A stretch of DNA of 64,000 nt from positions 2,784,001 through 2,848,000 of the forward strand of contig OY760175.1 of assembly GCA_963663165.1 (NCBI GenBank). The letters run 5' to 3'. Positions 41,303 through 52,146 of this stretch are shown piece by piece. Numbering within the stretch: position 1 is the first letter of the stretch; each line of letters begins with the position of its first letter. A program made the position numbers and the translations under genes. The DNA comes from an uncultured Desulfospira sp. (GTDB taxonomy: Bacteria; Desulfobacterota; Desulfobacteria; Desulfobacterales; Desulfobacteraceae). Under the pieces are notes generated by a model. The model saw nothing but the letters and a program-made list of their open reading frames with translations. It ran no database searches and had not been told where the DNA came from.

Positions 41303-42738
41303 GGGGAAATATTTCCTTTGTATACAGGCAGTGTGAATGTAAAGGTACACCCTTTGCCGGTATTATTTCTCACGCTGATCCGCCCGCCATGGTCCCGGAT
41401 GATCCGCCGGGCAATGTTCAGGCCTAAGCCGACACCGTCAAGGGTTTCTCTGATTTCCTGGGCCCTGTAATATTTTTTAAAAATCAGTTCTTGCTTTTCT
41501 TCGGGAATCCCGGGACCGTCATCACAGATGAAAAAACTTAAAAACTCATTTTGGGGACATGGTTCAAGCCCGGCCTCGACCCGGCCGTTTTCAGGGGCAA
41601 ACTTCAAGGCATTGCCCATGATGTTCAGCAGTACCTGAAGGATCTCCTTTTTTTCCCCCACCACCTTGGGCGGATGGGGTAGCGGCGTATAGGAAAGGGC
41701 CACGGCCCTGAATTCGGCGGCCGGTTCAAGGGCCTGTACCGCCTCTTTGATCAGGGCATCCGGGTCCATGGGTTCGAAAAGCGGCTTTTCATGTTCCGTT
41801 TCAAGCTTGGAGGTGTCCAGCAGATGGTTTAACAGCGTGGTCAGCCGGGAGATTTCCCTGGCCGCAATCTTTAAAAACTTTTGCTGTTTGGGATTCACCG
41901 GCCCCAAAACCCCTTCAACGATCATGTTCACCGACTCCCTCACCGAGGACAGGGGGGTCCTGATTTCATGGCTTAAGCTGGCAATAAAGTCCGAGCGTAT
42001 TTCCTCATCGGCTTTGAGCTGGCGGTTCATCTCGTTAAAGGCCCGGGCTAAGTCCTCAAACTCATCGTTGGTGGCAATGTGGATCTGGTGGGAATAATTG
42101 TCCCGGGACACCTTTCCAAACCCTGTCTTGAGCTTGTTTAAAGGGGAAATCATGGACCTTGAAATAAACAGAACCCCGAGAAGGCCCACAATAATGGAGA
42201 TGCCAAAGCCAATGGTGCCGTTTTTCACAATGGCCCGGGTCTGTTCATTGATATTCAGAAGAGCCTGCTCAATGTGTCTTTCATTGTCCTGCCTTGCCCG
42301 GCTGATATCCCTTATCCAGCCGGAAATCTGCTCTTCTGAAGCCCAGGATTTTTCTTCATCCAGAAAAAAGGCTTGGCTGTGGGAGCGGGCGAATTCGGCA
42401 TAGGTGGCGCTGATGTTTTGCCAGATGCCATGGTCCCGGGGGACCAGGTTTAAAATCCGGTTCAGGTCCCGGTTGTATGCCAGTCTTGCCGTTTCAAATC
42501 CCTCAAAATAGAGTTGTTTTTTGAGCAGCCTGAACTTTTTTTCATTGGCATCCATTTCAACCAGGTTGTCCAGAAGATTCTTTGACAGGGAGGCAATATG
42601 GTTGTTGACACTGACAATTCCGGCTGAAATGGCGGACATCTGCCTGACTTTAATGAAAAGCCCCACCACCGTGCCGTAAAAAATCAGGACAAAGCAAAAA
42701 ATAAAGATCAGCAGTTTTGTGGAAATCCCAAGTCTCAT
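41299..42738 (-). CDS. Membrane sensor histidine kinase (HAMP-HisKA-HATPase)
   Basis: Two TM helices, SHEIRTPL, NALKF, DDGPGI, GVGLGL. Confidence 0.93.
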   Translation of the reverse strand: MRLGISTKLLIFIFCFVLIFYGTVVGLFIKVRQMSAISAGIVSVNNHIASLSKNLLDNLVEMDANEKKFRLLKKQLYFEGFETARLAYNRDLNRILNLVPRDHGIWQNISATYAEFARSHSQAFFLDEEKSWASEEQISGWIRDISRARQDNERHIEQALLNINEQTRAIVKNGTIGFGISIIVGLLGVLFISRSMISPLNKLKTGFGKVSRDNYSHQIHIATNDEFEDLARAFNEMNRQLKADEEIRSDFIASLSHEIRTPLSSVRESVNMIVEGVLGPVNPKQQKFLKIAAREISRLTTLLNHLLDTSKLETEHEKPLFEPMDPDALIKEAVQALEPAAEFRAVALSYTPLPHPPKVVGEKKEILQVLLNIMGNALKFAPENGRVEAGLEPCPQNEFLSFFICDDGPGIPEEKQELIFKKYYRAQEIRETLDGVGLGLNIARRIIRDHGGRISVRNNTGKGCTFTFTLPVYKGNISP

Positions 42739-42840
42739 GATGAGAATCTCAGCCCGGATATTTAAAAGAAGGTTTTCTGCTTCATATGAACGGCATCATA
42801 GAAGCCATAGGAACAGAAGTCAAGTCCGGGGAAAGGGGAT

Positions 42841-42930
42841 TAGACTGAAGGGGTTTAGACTGAAGGGATGCGCAACCCTGAACCCCTTCAGCCTGCCCAC
42901 CTTCAGCCTTCAGTCTATAAACCTTCAGCC
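42841..42930. repeat. CTGAAG/CTTCAG hairpin element
   Basis: tagactgaag x2 followed by four cttcag units. Confidence 0.8.
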
Positions 42931-44271
42931 TTTCTTATTGCTCTGCTTCCATATCCCCTGCTCCCCGGCCGCCTTGATCAGGTCATCCCTGAAATCCGGG
43001 TGAGCCAGGCTTATGATGGCTTCGGCCCGCTGCCAGGTGGGCAAAAGGTGCATCCGGGCTGCGCCGTACTCGGTGACAATGTAATCCACCATCTGCCGGG
43101 GGATGGTGGTGATGGAGCCCGGCTTGAATGTGGGAACAATTCTGGAATGGACCTTTCCCGCCTGATCCGTGAAGGTGCTGGCAAGACAGATAAAACTTTT
43201 GCCGTTTTTAGACCACTGGGCCCCCAGGACAAAATCCCACATGCCGCCATTGCCCGAGATCTGGGAGTACCCGTTGCTTTCCGCATTCACCTGGGTATAA
43301 AGGTCCACCTGGAGGGCATTGTTAATGGAAATAAAATGGTCATGCCGGCTGATCACCCGGGGGTCATTGGTATAGGTCACAGGATAGGACGCCGCCGCCG
43401 GGTTTTTGTGTAAGAAATCATACATGCGCTGGCTGCCGATGGCAAAGGTATAGGCCACCCGGTGCCGGTCAAAGGCCTTTTTTGAACCGTTCATGCGGCC
43501 CGCCTGAATCATGTCCACATAGGCATCCACGAACATCTCGGTATGCCCGCCTAAATTTTTAAGGTCGCTGTCGGCAATCAGCCGGCCCACGGCATTGGGC
43601 ATGCCGCCGATGCCCAGCTGGATCACGCACCCGTCATGGATATGCGCCATGACATGTCCGGCAATCTTTTTGTCTGTTTCCGAGGGCTCAACCGCCGGGG
43701 CGGCAAAGGGGACCTGATCCTCGGGGGCTTCCACAATATAATCAATGTCGGATATATGGATGGATTCTTCGGCCCCCCCTAAGCAGACCGGCATGTGCTG
43801 ATTGACTTCCACCACCACTTTCTGGTTGATCTGCATCTTGATCCGGGTTTCGGAATTCTGGGGCCCTAAGTTAAACCAGCCCTTATCATCCATGGGGCAG
43901 ACCTGGTAGAACCCTACATTCCGGACAGGTCCCAGGCCGTTTTCAACCAGGGGGGGAATCAGGTGGTACAATACCGGTCCATAATATATATTGTTGTGGT
44001 GCTGTCTTAACAGACGGGTCAGTTTGCTGAACTGCAGATCGTTGTAAGTAAATGCATTGGGTTTGGTGACCACCATGGGAATGGGCGGCAGGGTGACGGC
44101 GGAAAATATGGACACATCCTCCAACTCATCCCCCCTCTCGGTCAGGGCCAGATCGCAGACACCGGGCTTGCCGTTGAAAAACCCATAATCCACCACATCA
44201 CCGGATTTAACAATCTTGACAGCCTGTTCGGCACTGGTCAGTTTCTCTTTGTATTCCTTTTGATATGACAA
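42925..44271 (-). CDS. Acetyl-CoA hydrolase/transferase family CoA-transferase (butyryl-/4-hydroxybutyryl-CoA type)
   Basis: [31 protein letters not shown]. Confidence 0.9.
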   Translation of the reverse strand: MSYQKEYKEKLTSAEQAVKIVKSGDVVDYGFFNGKPGVCDLALTERGDELEDVSIFSAVTLPPIPMVVTKPNAFTYNDLQFSKLTRLLRQHHNNIYYGPVLYHLIPPLVENGLGPVRNVGFYQVCPMDDKGWFNLGPQNSETRIKMQINQKVVVEVNQHMPVCLGGAEESIHISDIDYIVEAPEDQVPFAAPAVEPSETDKKIAGHVMAHIHDGCVIQLGIGGMPNAVGRLIADSDLKNLGGHTEMFVDAYVDMIQAGRMNGSKKAFDRHRVAYTFAIGSQRMYDFLHKNPAAASYPVTYTNDPRVISRHDHFISINNALQVDLYTQVNAESNGYSQISGNGGMWDFVLGAQWSKNGKSFICLASTFTDQAGKVHSRIVPTFKPGSITTIPRQMVDYIVTEYGAARMHLLPTWQRAEAIISLAHPDFRDDLIKAAGEQGIWKQSNKKG

Positions 44272-44314
44272 TTTGACTCTCCTTTATTGTTTAAAAGCCG
44301 TTAGCAATTAGCGG

Positions 44315-44938
44315 TTATCCTTTGATTAATCCTGTCAGAAAGAACTGTTCAATCATCTCAATACAAGGCTCCATGGGGCTCTGCCCGCCGTCGTTATACC
44401 AGTCAAGGAGGCAGTCGGTGATAATGGTTCGCAGGCACAACAGGGCCGTTTTGGGGGGGATGGATTTAAACCGGCCTCTTTCCTTTCCTGACATGAACGC
44501 CTGCTCCACATGGCTTGCACAGGCCCGGTAGCGGGCCGCAAGGGAATCGGGCAGCTGGTATCCCGGGTCCATGCCGGCACCGGCAAACTGCTTTAAATAC
44601 ATGGACATCTGTCTTGGATAAATTTTATAGACGTTGGCCGCGGCCCGGATATACTGGCGGATAAGATCAGTTTCGTCGGTCACACCGGCAAGAAGGGCCT
44701 GGATTTCCTCTTCAAAGGCCTGAACCACTGCCTCCTGGATGGCATAGTAGATCCCCTCTTTTCCCCCGGGAAACAGGCGGTAGATCTTCCCCACGCCAAA
44801 TTCAACGGCCCGGGCAATTTGGGCCACGGTCACACCGGTATACCCTTTTTCATAAAACAGGGTAACGGCGGCCTCCAGGACCTCTAAGCGGTTGAATTGC
44901 CGTTCCAGCATCTTCCGGGTTGGTGTCTGCCCGTCCAC
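44315..44938 (-). CDS. TetR/AcrR-family regulator
   Basis: LEAAVTLFYEKGYTGVTVAQIARAVEFGVGKIYRLF HTH. Confidence 0.88.
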   Translation of the reverse strand: MDGQTPTRKMLERQFNRLEVLEAAVTLFYEKGYTGVTVAQIARAVEFGVGKIYRLFPGGKEGIYYAIQEAVVQAFEEEIQALLAGVTDETDLIRQYIRAAANVYKIYPRQMSMYLKQFAGAGMDPGYQLPDSLAARYRACASHVEQAFMSGKERGRFKSIPPKTALLCLRTIITDCLLDWYNDGGQSPMEPCIEMIEQFFLTGLIKG

Positions 44939-44954
44939 ACGCCTCCTTTAAAAA

Positions 44955-44978
44955 AAAACGGAATGGTCATTCCGTTTT
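44955..44978. promoter_or_regulatory. Palindromic operator, probably for the adjacent TetR
   Basis: AAAACGGAATG-GT-CATTCCGTTTT perfect 11-bp arms just upstream of the tetR RBS. Confidence 0.7.
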
Positions 44979-45098
44979 GAAATTATCATTCTAATAATAT
45001 AAATTTTTCTTTTTTGCAAGCTGGAGCTGACCCAAGGTCACTTGTTATCATGCGTAAGGGATGACCGGGGAGCGGCAGGTTATACCGATGGAAAAATG

Positions 45099-45204
45099 GT
45101 GGACAGTGTGGACCGGGTGGACCGGGTGGACCGGGTGGACGTTGTGCGAAAAATTCCTCAGCTGTCCACAGGGTCCACTTTGTCCACCATGTCCACTTGT
45201 CCAC
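45099..45204. repeat. Nonamer GTGGAC/GTCCAC hairpin element
   Basis: Five GTGGACnnn units at 9-nt period, then five GTCCAC units. Confidence 0.88.
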
Positions 45205-45371
45205 TATGTCAAAGACACTTGACAGCTGCGGCAAGAAAAGAAGGAATTATTTTTATTGAGGCTTGGCCTTGAAGGCAGGGCCTTAAAAGGTTCCGGCCCA
45301 TGTTCCGCTGACAAACAAAAAGCGAACCATGGGCCGGGGAAGCGTGGAGGGATCAGTTTAGAAATTCAGGC

Positions 45372-46172
45372 TTAGGCCTGTTTTCTGCGAAGGCCGGCAA
45401 GACCGATCAGGCCGCCTGACAGTAAAAAGACAGCCGAAGGGACCGGCACGGCACTGGCCGTATTGAGAACAGCAATGGCATCCAGGTCAAACCCGGCGCT
45501 GCCACTTGTCATATAAGGATCGTAGATAACATCTCCGCTAGTGTCTGTGTATGTCCCATCGCCGATAATGTCGATTATCTTGACATAGCTGATGCTGTTA
45601 AAATCCAGGTATTGCAGCTCTTCTTCTGTATATGAATCATAAAGATCGGACAAATCAAAAGGAGTACCGTATCCTTGTTTGTATTTGCCGGCCAGACCGG
45701 TAATATTGGTGGGGTCCACAGATCCAAACGCACTTACACTGCTTGAGGTCTGTGAATCATTGTAGAACCGGTACCAATTTATCCCGTCAGAAGAAACTTC
45801 CACATAGGCAAGTTCCAGAAAAGTGTTATTAAAACTGTTCTCAAAAACGGCAAAGTCATAGCCGTCCCCGTCAGCAATGACCGTATCAAAGGTCAATGTG
45901 ATTGACCCGCCTGCTCCCAGGCAGACAATGTCGTATGAAGAGCCTACCGCCTCACCCAATGCCTTTTCCGGGGTCTGCCAGCTACTAGAAACTCTGTCGC
46001 CGACAATATAGTCCTCATATCCGGTAGCCCAGGCTATGATGGATTCATCAGTCATATAAATTGCAGTGGAACCATCCACTCCGGCTGCTGGGGCATAAGG
46101 TCCCGCCACAGCCGTACCGCAAATCAAAAAAGCAGCCATTAGATTGAGTAGCAATAAAATTTTTCTTGTCAT
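45372..46172 (-). CDS. PEP-CTERM/VPLPA-CTERM sorted surface protein
   Basis: Signal peptide; [25 protein letters not shown]-terminal [23 protein letters not shown]. Confidence 0.85.
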   Translation of the reverse strand: MTRKILLLLNLMAAFLICGTAVAGPYAPAAGVDGSTAIYMTDESIIAWATGYEDYIVGDRVSSSWQTPEKALGEAVGSSYDIVCLGAGGSITLTFDTVIADGDGYDFAVFENSFNNTFLELAYVEVSSDGINWYRFYNDSQTSSSVSAFGSVDPTNITGLAGKYKQGYGTPFDLSDLYDSYTEEELQYLDFNSISYVKIIDIIGDGTYTDTSGDVIYDPYMTSGSAGFDLDAIAVLNTASAVPVPSAVFLLSGGLIGLAGLRRKQA

Positions 46173-46312
46173 GTTTTCTCCTTTGTTCTTAAATTTTTAA
46201 TCACAGTCTTTGCCATCGCTGTCATAAAGTAATGGGGAAAATCCCCAAAGAAAACCCGGACTACCCGGGCTTTATCCGAATAGCGGTATACCATAAGACA
46301 AAGAGGCATTGC

Positions 46313-46369
46313 TGGTACTTATTTGCTAAATGATAGGACTTTCTTGCTAAAGATAGCACTTTCTTGCTA
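46313..46369. promoter_or_regulatory. Triple TAGCA-N6-TGCTA-like operator array
   Basis: tggta-N6-tgcta, tagga-N6-tgcta, tagca-N6-tgcta spaced 21 and 20 bp. Confidence 0.55.
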
Positions 46370-46976
46370 TTCCCAATTTTTTTAAGAAAATTGAACCTGA
46401 AATGGCCAAATTATACAGGGCAGATGCATTCAACCTGGCTGTTTTATCCACCGATCTAACCCAGCGCCATGTTTTTCCTCAGCCTGCCATAACAACTTTT
46501 ATTTTTTCCAGTCAAATCCCCCAATCCGGTCATCTCATCCGGCCCCTTCCAGGCCAGGCGAATTTATCATCGCAACCCAAGTTAGCCTGACATATCTGAA
46601 AACAAACCTTGTATTTAAGTTCCGCGTGTGTTAAATATCGTACGATCTAAACTAAAGTTCATTCATACTTTTTTTAAATTAAACTGGATTCTAATCCCCC
46701 GGCCTGCGCCGGCCAAACCACGCTGAGGATCTGTTCGCCGATGATCCGTAAAAGGACGAAACCGCTTGCCGAAAACCGGCACCAGCGAAATTTTCATGGG
46801 GCAACCGGTGCGTTCAGACGGCTGCCCTAAACCGGATGACAGGTTCAAAATGACGCCGCCATCAAATCAAACGGGTCCCATGCCCGGTCCCCCTATCCGG
46901 CCCTCTCCGGACAATCGTGTGAGCCGGAAAAAAACAATCTTAATTCAGCCATTTTTAATACGGAGGTTAGTGACAT

Positions 46977-49022
46977 ATGAAAAAGCTTCACAGTATTTCA
47001 TCGCGTTTTCTGTTATGGACGGTGCCGCTGCTGTTTATTTCCCTGGCAGCAATGACCGGCATTATCTATGTGATTGAACAGGGAAACCAGAAAAATGCCA
47101 CCATCGCCATTGGCCAGCAGGCCACGGAACAGACCTCCGTGGCATTGGAGAACTGGATCGCAGACCAGGTCAGGATCGTTCAGATGATCGCCGGCCAGAG
47201 CGTGGTGATCGCGGCCTGTAAGGACCCCGGAAATCCGGAAGCCGTGACAGCTGCCCAGGCATATGCGCAGTCCATCCATAAGCAGTTTCCATATTATGAG
47301 AATGTTCCCCTTTTCGCGAAAATGGCGGACGGAAAGACCGCGGACATTCAGACTAAAAATGGCATAAAACCGGTGGGGGACGGCCAGATCTTCGTGGACA
47401 CCGTGGACACCAAAACCATTGGCAAAGGCGGCCCCAACCTGAGCTATGTCAAGGCGGTTTTCAGCGGAAAAGACTATTTTATCAGCCAGGTTTATCCCAG
47501 CCTTCTCCGGGGGAACCCGATTTTTGTGATCGCCGCCCCGGTGAAAGATGACGCCGGAAAATTAATCGGGGTGGCTGCCATTGCCCCCCAGATGAGTTTT
47601 TTCACGGATATCTTTGTCAGCCAGATCGCCATCGGAAAAACCGGGTATCTGTTCTTTATTGACGACCGGGGAATGATGCTGGCCCACCGGGACAAAAGCC
47701 TGATTCTGAATAAAGATGTCCGGGAAAAGTGGGGCGGACTGATCGATCAGATCCTGTCCGGAGACAAACTGATTGAGGCATCCGACAATGGCTCGCAACG
47801 GTTTTATATCACCCGGATGATCAAAATCCCCGACGAAAAGATTCTGCACAAATGGTACATGGTGTTTGGCCAGAATCAAAAAGAGGTCATGGCATCGTCG
47901 GCCCATTTTCTCAAAATTCTGTCCCTGATCAGTCTGATCCTGCTGGCCTGTTTTTGCGCGGGTCTCTACTTTTTATGCCGGATGATCGTTGTCAATCCGG
48001 TGAATCAGACCATGCTGGCCATCAAGGATATTGCCCAGGGCGAGGGCGACCTGACCAAACGGCTGGATATGTCTTCCAAGAATGAAATCGGGGAGCTTTC
48101 CCGGTGGTTTAACGTCTTTATTGAACGTTTGCAGACCATTGTCCAAAAAATAGCCGCCACCTCAAGTGCCATTGATTCAAATTCCAATCTGTTATCCGAG
48201 ATTTCAGAAAGCCTGCTGAACGATTCAGGCGCCACTTCGTCAATGGCGGCCAGTGTCACCGGTGCCTCAGAAGAGATGAATACCAACCTGGCCAACGTGG
48301 TCCGGGCCATGGAAGACTCTTCTGCCAATGCCAATATGGTTGCCAGCGCCGCTGAAGAAATCAACAGCACCATTCAGGGAATCTCCCAGAATGCGGAAAA
48401 GGCGCGGGATGTGTCCAAGGATGCGGTAAACCAGGCCGGAGAGGCCTCAAAGAATATGGCAGACCTTGGCACTGCGGTAGATAAAATCGGTAAAGTGACC
48501 GAAACCATCACCGACATTTCCGACCAGACCAATCTGCTGTCCCTTAATGCCACTATTGAGGCAGCCCGGGCCGGTGAGGCCGGAAAAGGATTTGCCGTTG
48601 TGGCCAATGAAATCAAAGAACTGGCCAAGCAGACGGCCGGCGCCACCTTAGAAATCAAAACCCTGATCGAAGCAGTTCAGAATACCACCGGCAAAACCGG
48701 AGACGATATCACACGAATTTCAGAAGTGATCAGCGGCGTCAATGAAACCGTGGGGGCCATCGCCGTTGCCGTGGAAGAACAGACCGCCACCACCAGCGAA
48801 ATCGCCACCAACATCACCCAGACCAGTGAAAGCATCCGGATGGTCAACGAAACTGTTAACCAGAGTTCTGCTTTGGCATCCAATATTGCCGGGGATATTG
48901 CCCAGGTATCCACGGCATCCCAGAGCATTGAGGACAACAGCAGAAACATTGAACAATATGCCCAGGAGCTGACGCAGCATTCAACCGAACTCAATGAAAT
49001 CGTGAGCAGTTTTAAGGTATAG
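46977..49022 (+). CDS. Methyl-accepting chemotaxis protein (Cache-HAMP-MCP)
   Basis: Two TM helices, [44 protein letters not shown]. Confidence 0.95.
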   Translation: MKKLHSISSRFLLWTVPLLFISLAAMTGIIYVIEQGNQKNATIAIGQQATEQTSVALENWIADQVRIVQMIAGQSVVIAACKDPGNPEAVTAAQAYAQSIHKQFPYYENVPLFAKMADGKTADIQTKNGIKPVGDGQIFVDTVDTKTIGKGGPNLSYVKAVFSGKDYFISQVYPSLLRGNPIFVIAAPVKDDAGKLIGVAAIAPQMSFFTDIFVSQIAIGKTGYLFFIDDRGMMLAHRDKSLILNKDVREKWGGLIDQILSGDKLIEASDNGSQRFYITRMIKIPDEKILHKWYMVFGQNQKEVMASSAHFLKILSLISLILLACFCAGLYFLCRMIVVNPVNQTMLAIKDIAQGEGDLTKRLDMSSKNEIGELSRWFNVFIERLQTIVQKIAATSSAIDSNSNLLSEISESLLNDSGATSSMAASVTGASEEMNTNLANVVRAMEDSSANANMVASAAEEINSTIQGISQNAEKARDVSKDAVNQAGEASKNMADLGTAVDKIGKVTETITDISDQTNLLSLNATIEAARAGEAGKGFAVVANEIKELAKQTAGATLEIKTLIEAVQNTTGKTGDDITRISEVISGVNETVGAIAVAVEEQTATTSEIATNITQTSESIRMVNETVNQSSALASNIAGDIAQVSTASQSIEDNSRNIEQYAQELTQHSTELNEIVSSFKV

Positions 49023-49029
49023 CGTGCAG

Positions 49030-49181
49030 GGAAATATCCGGGTTAGGCTGAAGGTATTTGAAGCCCCCCAATCCCTTCAGCCTAAATTTTATTATTATCC
49101 CTATCACCCAAACAAAGTGCTGTTAACTACGGGCAAGTTACATGCGATCACCCTGACCGGCCCACAGGGCAATCGCATGTA
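49030..49181. repeat. Framed-hairpin element copy A (CTGAAG insert) plus REP-like linker
   Basis: ATATCC 49034, ttaggctgaagg...ccttcagcctaa, TTATTATCC 49092, 33-bp block 49132-49164 identical to 53487-53519. Confidence 0.7.
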
Positions 49182-49455
49182 AAAGAAAGCCATCTATTCC
49201 GCAATTGAAAATAAGGATAATCTCCAATTATGTAGCGTGTTTGATTATGTTGTGAGTTTTATTCATTTTTATTCAAAAAGATTTTTCAAATCTTTCATTT
49301 TATTCGTATAATTCCAAATCATATGCATAGAAAAAGCCCGGAGTAGCCCCTCCGGGCTTTGATTGTGAACTCCCGTCGATAGCCGGAGAAGCCCACACAC
49401 ACAGTTATATTTCTATATCATTTTCCGGTTATCTGCAATACCGGAAAAATCTAAA

Positions 49456-49842
49456 ATGCTTTTAATTCCAAATACATGCCGATGGTGCCATTTCGTATTT
49501 TTTGTTTGCAGGTTCTGCTGGAGAGGGCAGGCCTATTGTTGCAGGGACTGCCGTAAGGCCGGAATCCTCAGAAACAAAAGAGAAGCACAGCGACGATACC
49601 GCCAGACCGAGAAGGGGAAAAGACGGCATCGGGAAGCCGAGAACCGGCGTCGGCATCGAAAAAAAATTCAAGAGACAAAAAACATGGATGATACAGCTTC
49701 CACAGTGCTGCCTGCTTGGTGTAGGACAATAATATTGTGGATTTTGTTTCAGATTCAGGGCCTTCCAATCAAACCATATTGTCAGTTCTGCGGCTCTTCA
49801 GGTCAAGTCGTCACACAATTTCCCCGGCGGGGATATGGATAA
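49456..49842 (+). CDS. Small Cys-rich basic protein (putative Zn-binding) inside RIT
   Basis: CRWC..CRFC..YCCRDC, Arg-rich helix, C-terminal CQFC. Confidence 0.65.
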   Translation: MLLIPNTCRWCHFVFFVCRFCWRGQAYCCRDCRKAGILRNKREAQRRYRQTEKGKRRHREAENRRRHRKKIQETKNMDDTASTVLPAWCRTIILWILFQIQGLPIKPYCQFCGSSGQVVTQFPRRGYG

Positions 49843-49864
49843 ACGTAAAAACTGGAGGCGCGGC

Positions 49865-50275
49865 ATGGTAAAAAAAGAAATCCTGAACCCTTCAAGGGTG
49901 CGTTGTATCAAAGGAGGATTTAGTTTTATCCCCCATCGGTTTCTTACGGGTGGATTTTTGCGAGCATTAAGCCGGGACGAGTTGTTATTGTATTTTTTCC
50001 TGGTTCTGGCCGGTGACCGCAACGGATTAAGTTTTTACAGTTATGATAAAATATGCACCCTGCTAAAAATGCAACTGGACCAGTACATTGAAGCTCGGGA
50101 TGGATTGATGGAAAATGATCTGATTGCCTTTGACGGCACCATTTACCAGGTGCTTTCCTTACCGGCCAACCTTATACAATCTGCTGTACAAAAAAAATCT
50201 TCCCTGAACAGCCGTCAACCTGAATCAGTTGGAAAAATTTTGAGCAAACTGGTTATGGAGGCCGATCATGGTTGA
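49865..50275 (+). CDS. Putative winged-helix protein inside RIT
   Basis: GGAGG RBS; ELLLYFFLVL..DRNGLSFYSYDKICTLL...ARDGL..NDLI wHTH-like pattern. Confidence 0.65.
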   Translation: MVKKEILNPSRVRCIKGGFSFIPHRFLTGGFLRALSRDELLLYFFLVLAGDRNGLSFYSYDKICTLLKMQLDQYIEARDGLMENDLIAFDGTIYQVLSLPANLIQSAVQKKSSLNSRQPESVGKILSKLVMEADHG

Positions 50276-51185
50276 GCAGACACCCAAAAGTCCGCCCGGT
50301 TATGATCTGGATCAGATCCGCCGGGATTATCTGGACCATATGCTTAAAATCAAGGAAAGCTCTCCTTCTCAAACCTGTTGCAGGACCAAAATTATCAAAG
50401 CGTTTGACAGTTATCTGCAAACATCGGGAGTCTCACTGGTCAATATAAACATAGGGCATGTTGATGATTTTCTGGCAAGGTTCAATGCCCCATATGCAAA
50501 GAGTACCCAGGGGGTATACCGTTCCTGTTTTCGAGGCTTTTTGCACTACCTGTATAATGAACGGCATTTGATCCAACAGAATTTAGCCCCGCTTGTGACC
50601 GGTCCGCCAATGTTTGCTCAAGTCAAGCCTCCTAAATTTTTAAGACCCGGTGAAGTCCGTCAGTTATTTGATCATTTGCCCTGTGCAACATCCAAAGAGC
50701 TTCGTGTCTATGCACAGGTTCACCTGGCTTATTATCTTGGATTGCGCCCCATTGAAATCAGCCGCCTTACTCTGGACGATATCTGTTTTGCCAAAGGACT
50801 GCTAAACCTGGAAAACACAAAAAATGCAAAGCCCCTTCAATTGCCCATTCCCGATGAAGTTATCAAAGCAATCACCGCTTATATCGTTGGAGGCAGGCCT
50901 AAAAGTCAGTCTCGCTCTCTTTTTTTAACCAGCCATTGCCCACCTTACAGAGCTGTAAGTGCCTGGCTCACCAGGCACGATTTAACAAAGGCGTTGCGGG
51001 CTGCCGGTCTTCCCGGTACAGGATATTGGCTGCGCCACACCTTTGCACAAAACATGCTGGAAGCAGGTGCCGGCATTTTTGAAATCAAAGAAATGATGGG
51101 GCATTCCATCATTGATTCCACAAAAGTATATCTAAGTATCCACAAGGAATTGATGCGCCGGGTGTTGTTCGATGAAACCGTTTAA
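50268..51185 (+). CDS. Tyrosine recombinase (RIT A)
   Basis: GLRPIEI, YWLRHTFA, MGH, TKVY. Confidence 0.9.
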   Translation: MVEQTPKSPPGYDLDQIRRDYLDHMLKIKESSPSQTCCRTKIIKAFDSYLQTSGVSLVNINIGHVDDFLARFNAPYAKSTQGVYRSCFRGFLHYLYNERHLIQQNLAPLVTGPPMFAQVKPPKFLRPGEVRQLFDHLPCATSKELRVYAQVHLAYYLGLRPIEISRLTLDDICFAKGLLNLENTKNAKPLQLPIPDEVIKAITAYIVGGRPKSQSRSLFLTSHCPPYRAVSAWLTRHDLTKALRAAGLPGTGYWLRHTFAQNMLEAGAGIFEIKEMMGHSIIDSTKVYLSIHKELMRRVLFDETV

Positions 51186-52146
51186 AAGCTTTTTGGCCAC
51201 AGAGATGGAAAACTTTATTGTTTACCGGCAAGGACTGGGATACAGTTGCCATATGCTCCGGTGGGCCTTGCTTACCTTTGACGATTTTTTAATGAGGCAG
51301 CCGGATCTCTCAGACATTTGGATGCCCCATTTTTATATCACCTTTAAAAATGAGATTGGCCTTGAGCCCTCCGGCGTAGCCAGCATTCTAAATGTAGTTC
51401 GAGGCTTTTTTGATTATCTGAAACGGCAGCGGATAAATCTTGATAACCCTTTGAAAGATGTGACCGCTCCGGCCCGACGCACCTTCATCCCCTTTATATT
51501 CTCACCGGAGCAGGTAGAAATGTTACTGGGGGTGGTATGCGGACGGATCCGGCAAACCCCTATGCGGTTCCTTAAAGATTACAGTGAATATCTGGTGATC
51601 CTTCTGCTTGCCCGCTGTGGGCTGAGGATGAATGAACCCTTGCGCCTGAGATTGAAAAATTACCGGCCGGATGAAAAGACGATTTACATAGAGAAAACCA
51701 AGTTCAAAAAGGACCGTCTTATCCCTATTCCAAAATCAACTGCCATGCAGATTGACAACTATCTTTTAACCAGGGCCGCTTTAATTGAAAACGATATGAA
51801 TCCCTACCTGTTCATGGGGATAGGGGAAAACGGCTTGAACGATAACCGTATTCGCTCTGTTTTTCACGATGCTGTGCGTCAAATCGGGATCCGCCGCCCA
51901 AGGAAAATTATCGGCGACACGACCTTTGGGAAGCCCACTCCGCACTGTTTACGGCACTCTTTTGCCATTAACACCTTGAAGGCAGCCATTGCCCGGAAAC
52001 AATCACCCCGGAATGTGCTGCCGGTGCTTGCCGGCTATATGGGTCATGTTGAGTATAAATACACCATGGAATATTTGAAAGCAGTTGATGCTGAAAGCCG
52101 CGACAGCCTGTTCAAATTTACCACCGGCAGAAGGGATGAATCATGA
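51172..52146 (+). CDS. Tyrosine recombinase (RIT B)
   Basis: PFIFS, GLRMNE, TKFKKDR, HCLRHSFA, YMGH, TMEY. Confidence 0.92.
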   Translation: MKPFKSFLATEMENFIVYRQGLGYSCHMLRWALLTFDDFLMRQPDLSDIWMPHFYITFKNEIGLEPSGVASILNVVRGFFDYLKRQRINLDNPLKDVTAPARRTFIPFIFSPEQVEMLLGVVCGRIRQTPMRFLKDYSEYLVILLLARCGLRMNEPLRLRLKNYRPDEKTIYIEKTKFKKDRLIPIPKSTAMQIDNYLLTRAALIENDMNPYLFMGIGENGLNDNRIRSVFHDAVRQIGIRRPRKIIGDTTFGKPTPHCLRHSFAINTLKAAIARKQSPRNVLPVLAGYMGHVEYKYTMEYLKAVDAESRDSLFKFTTGRRDES

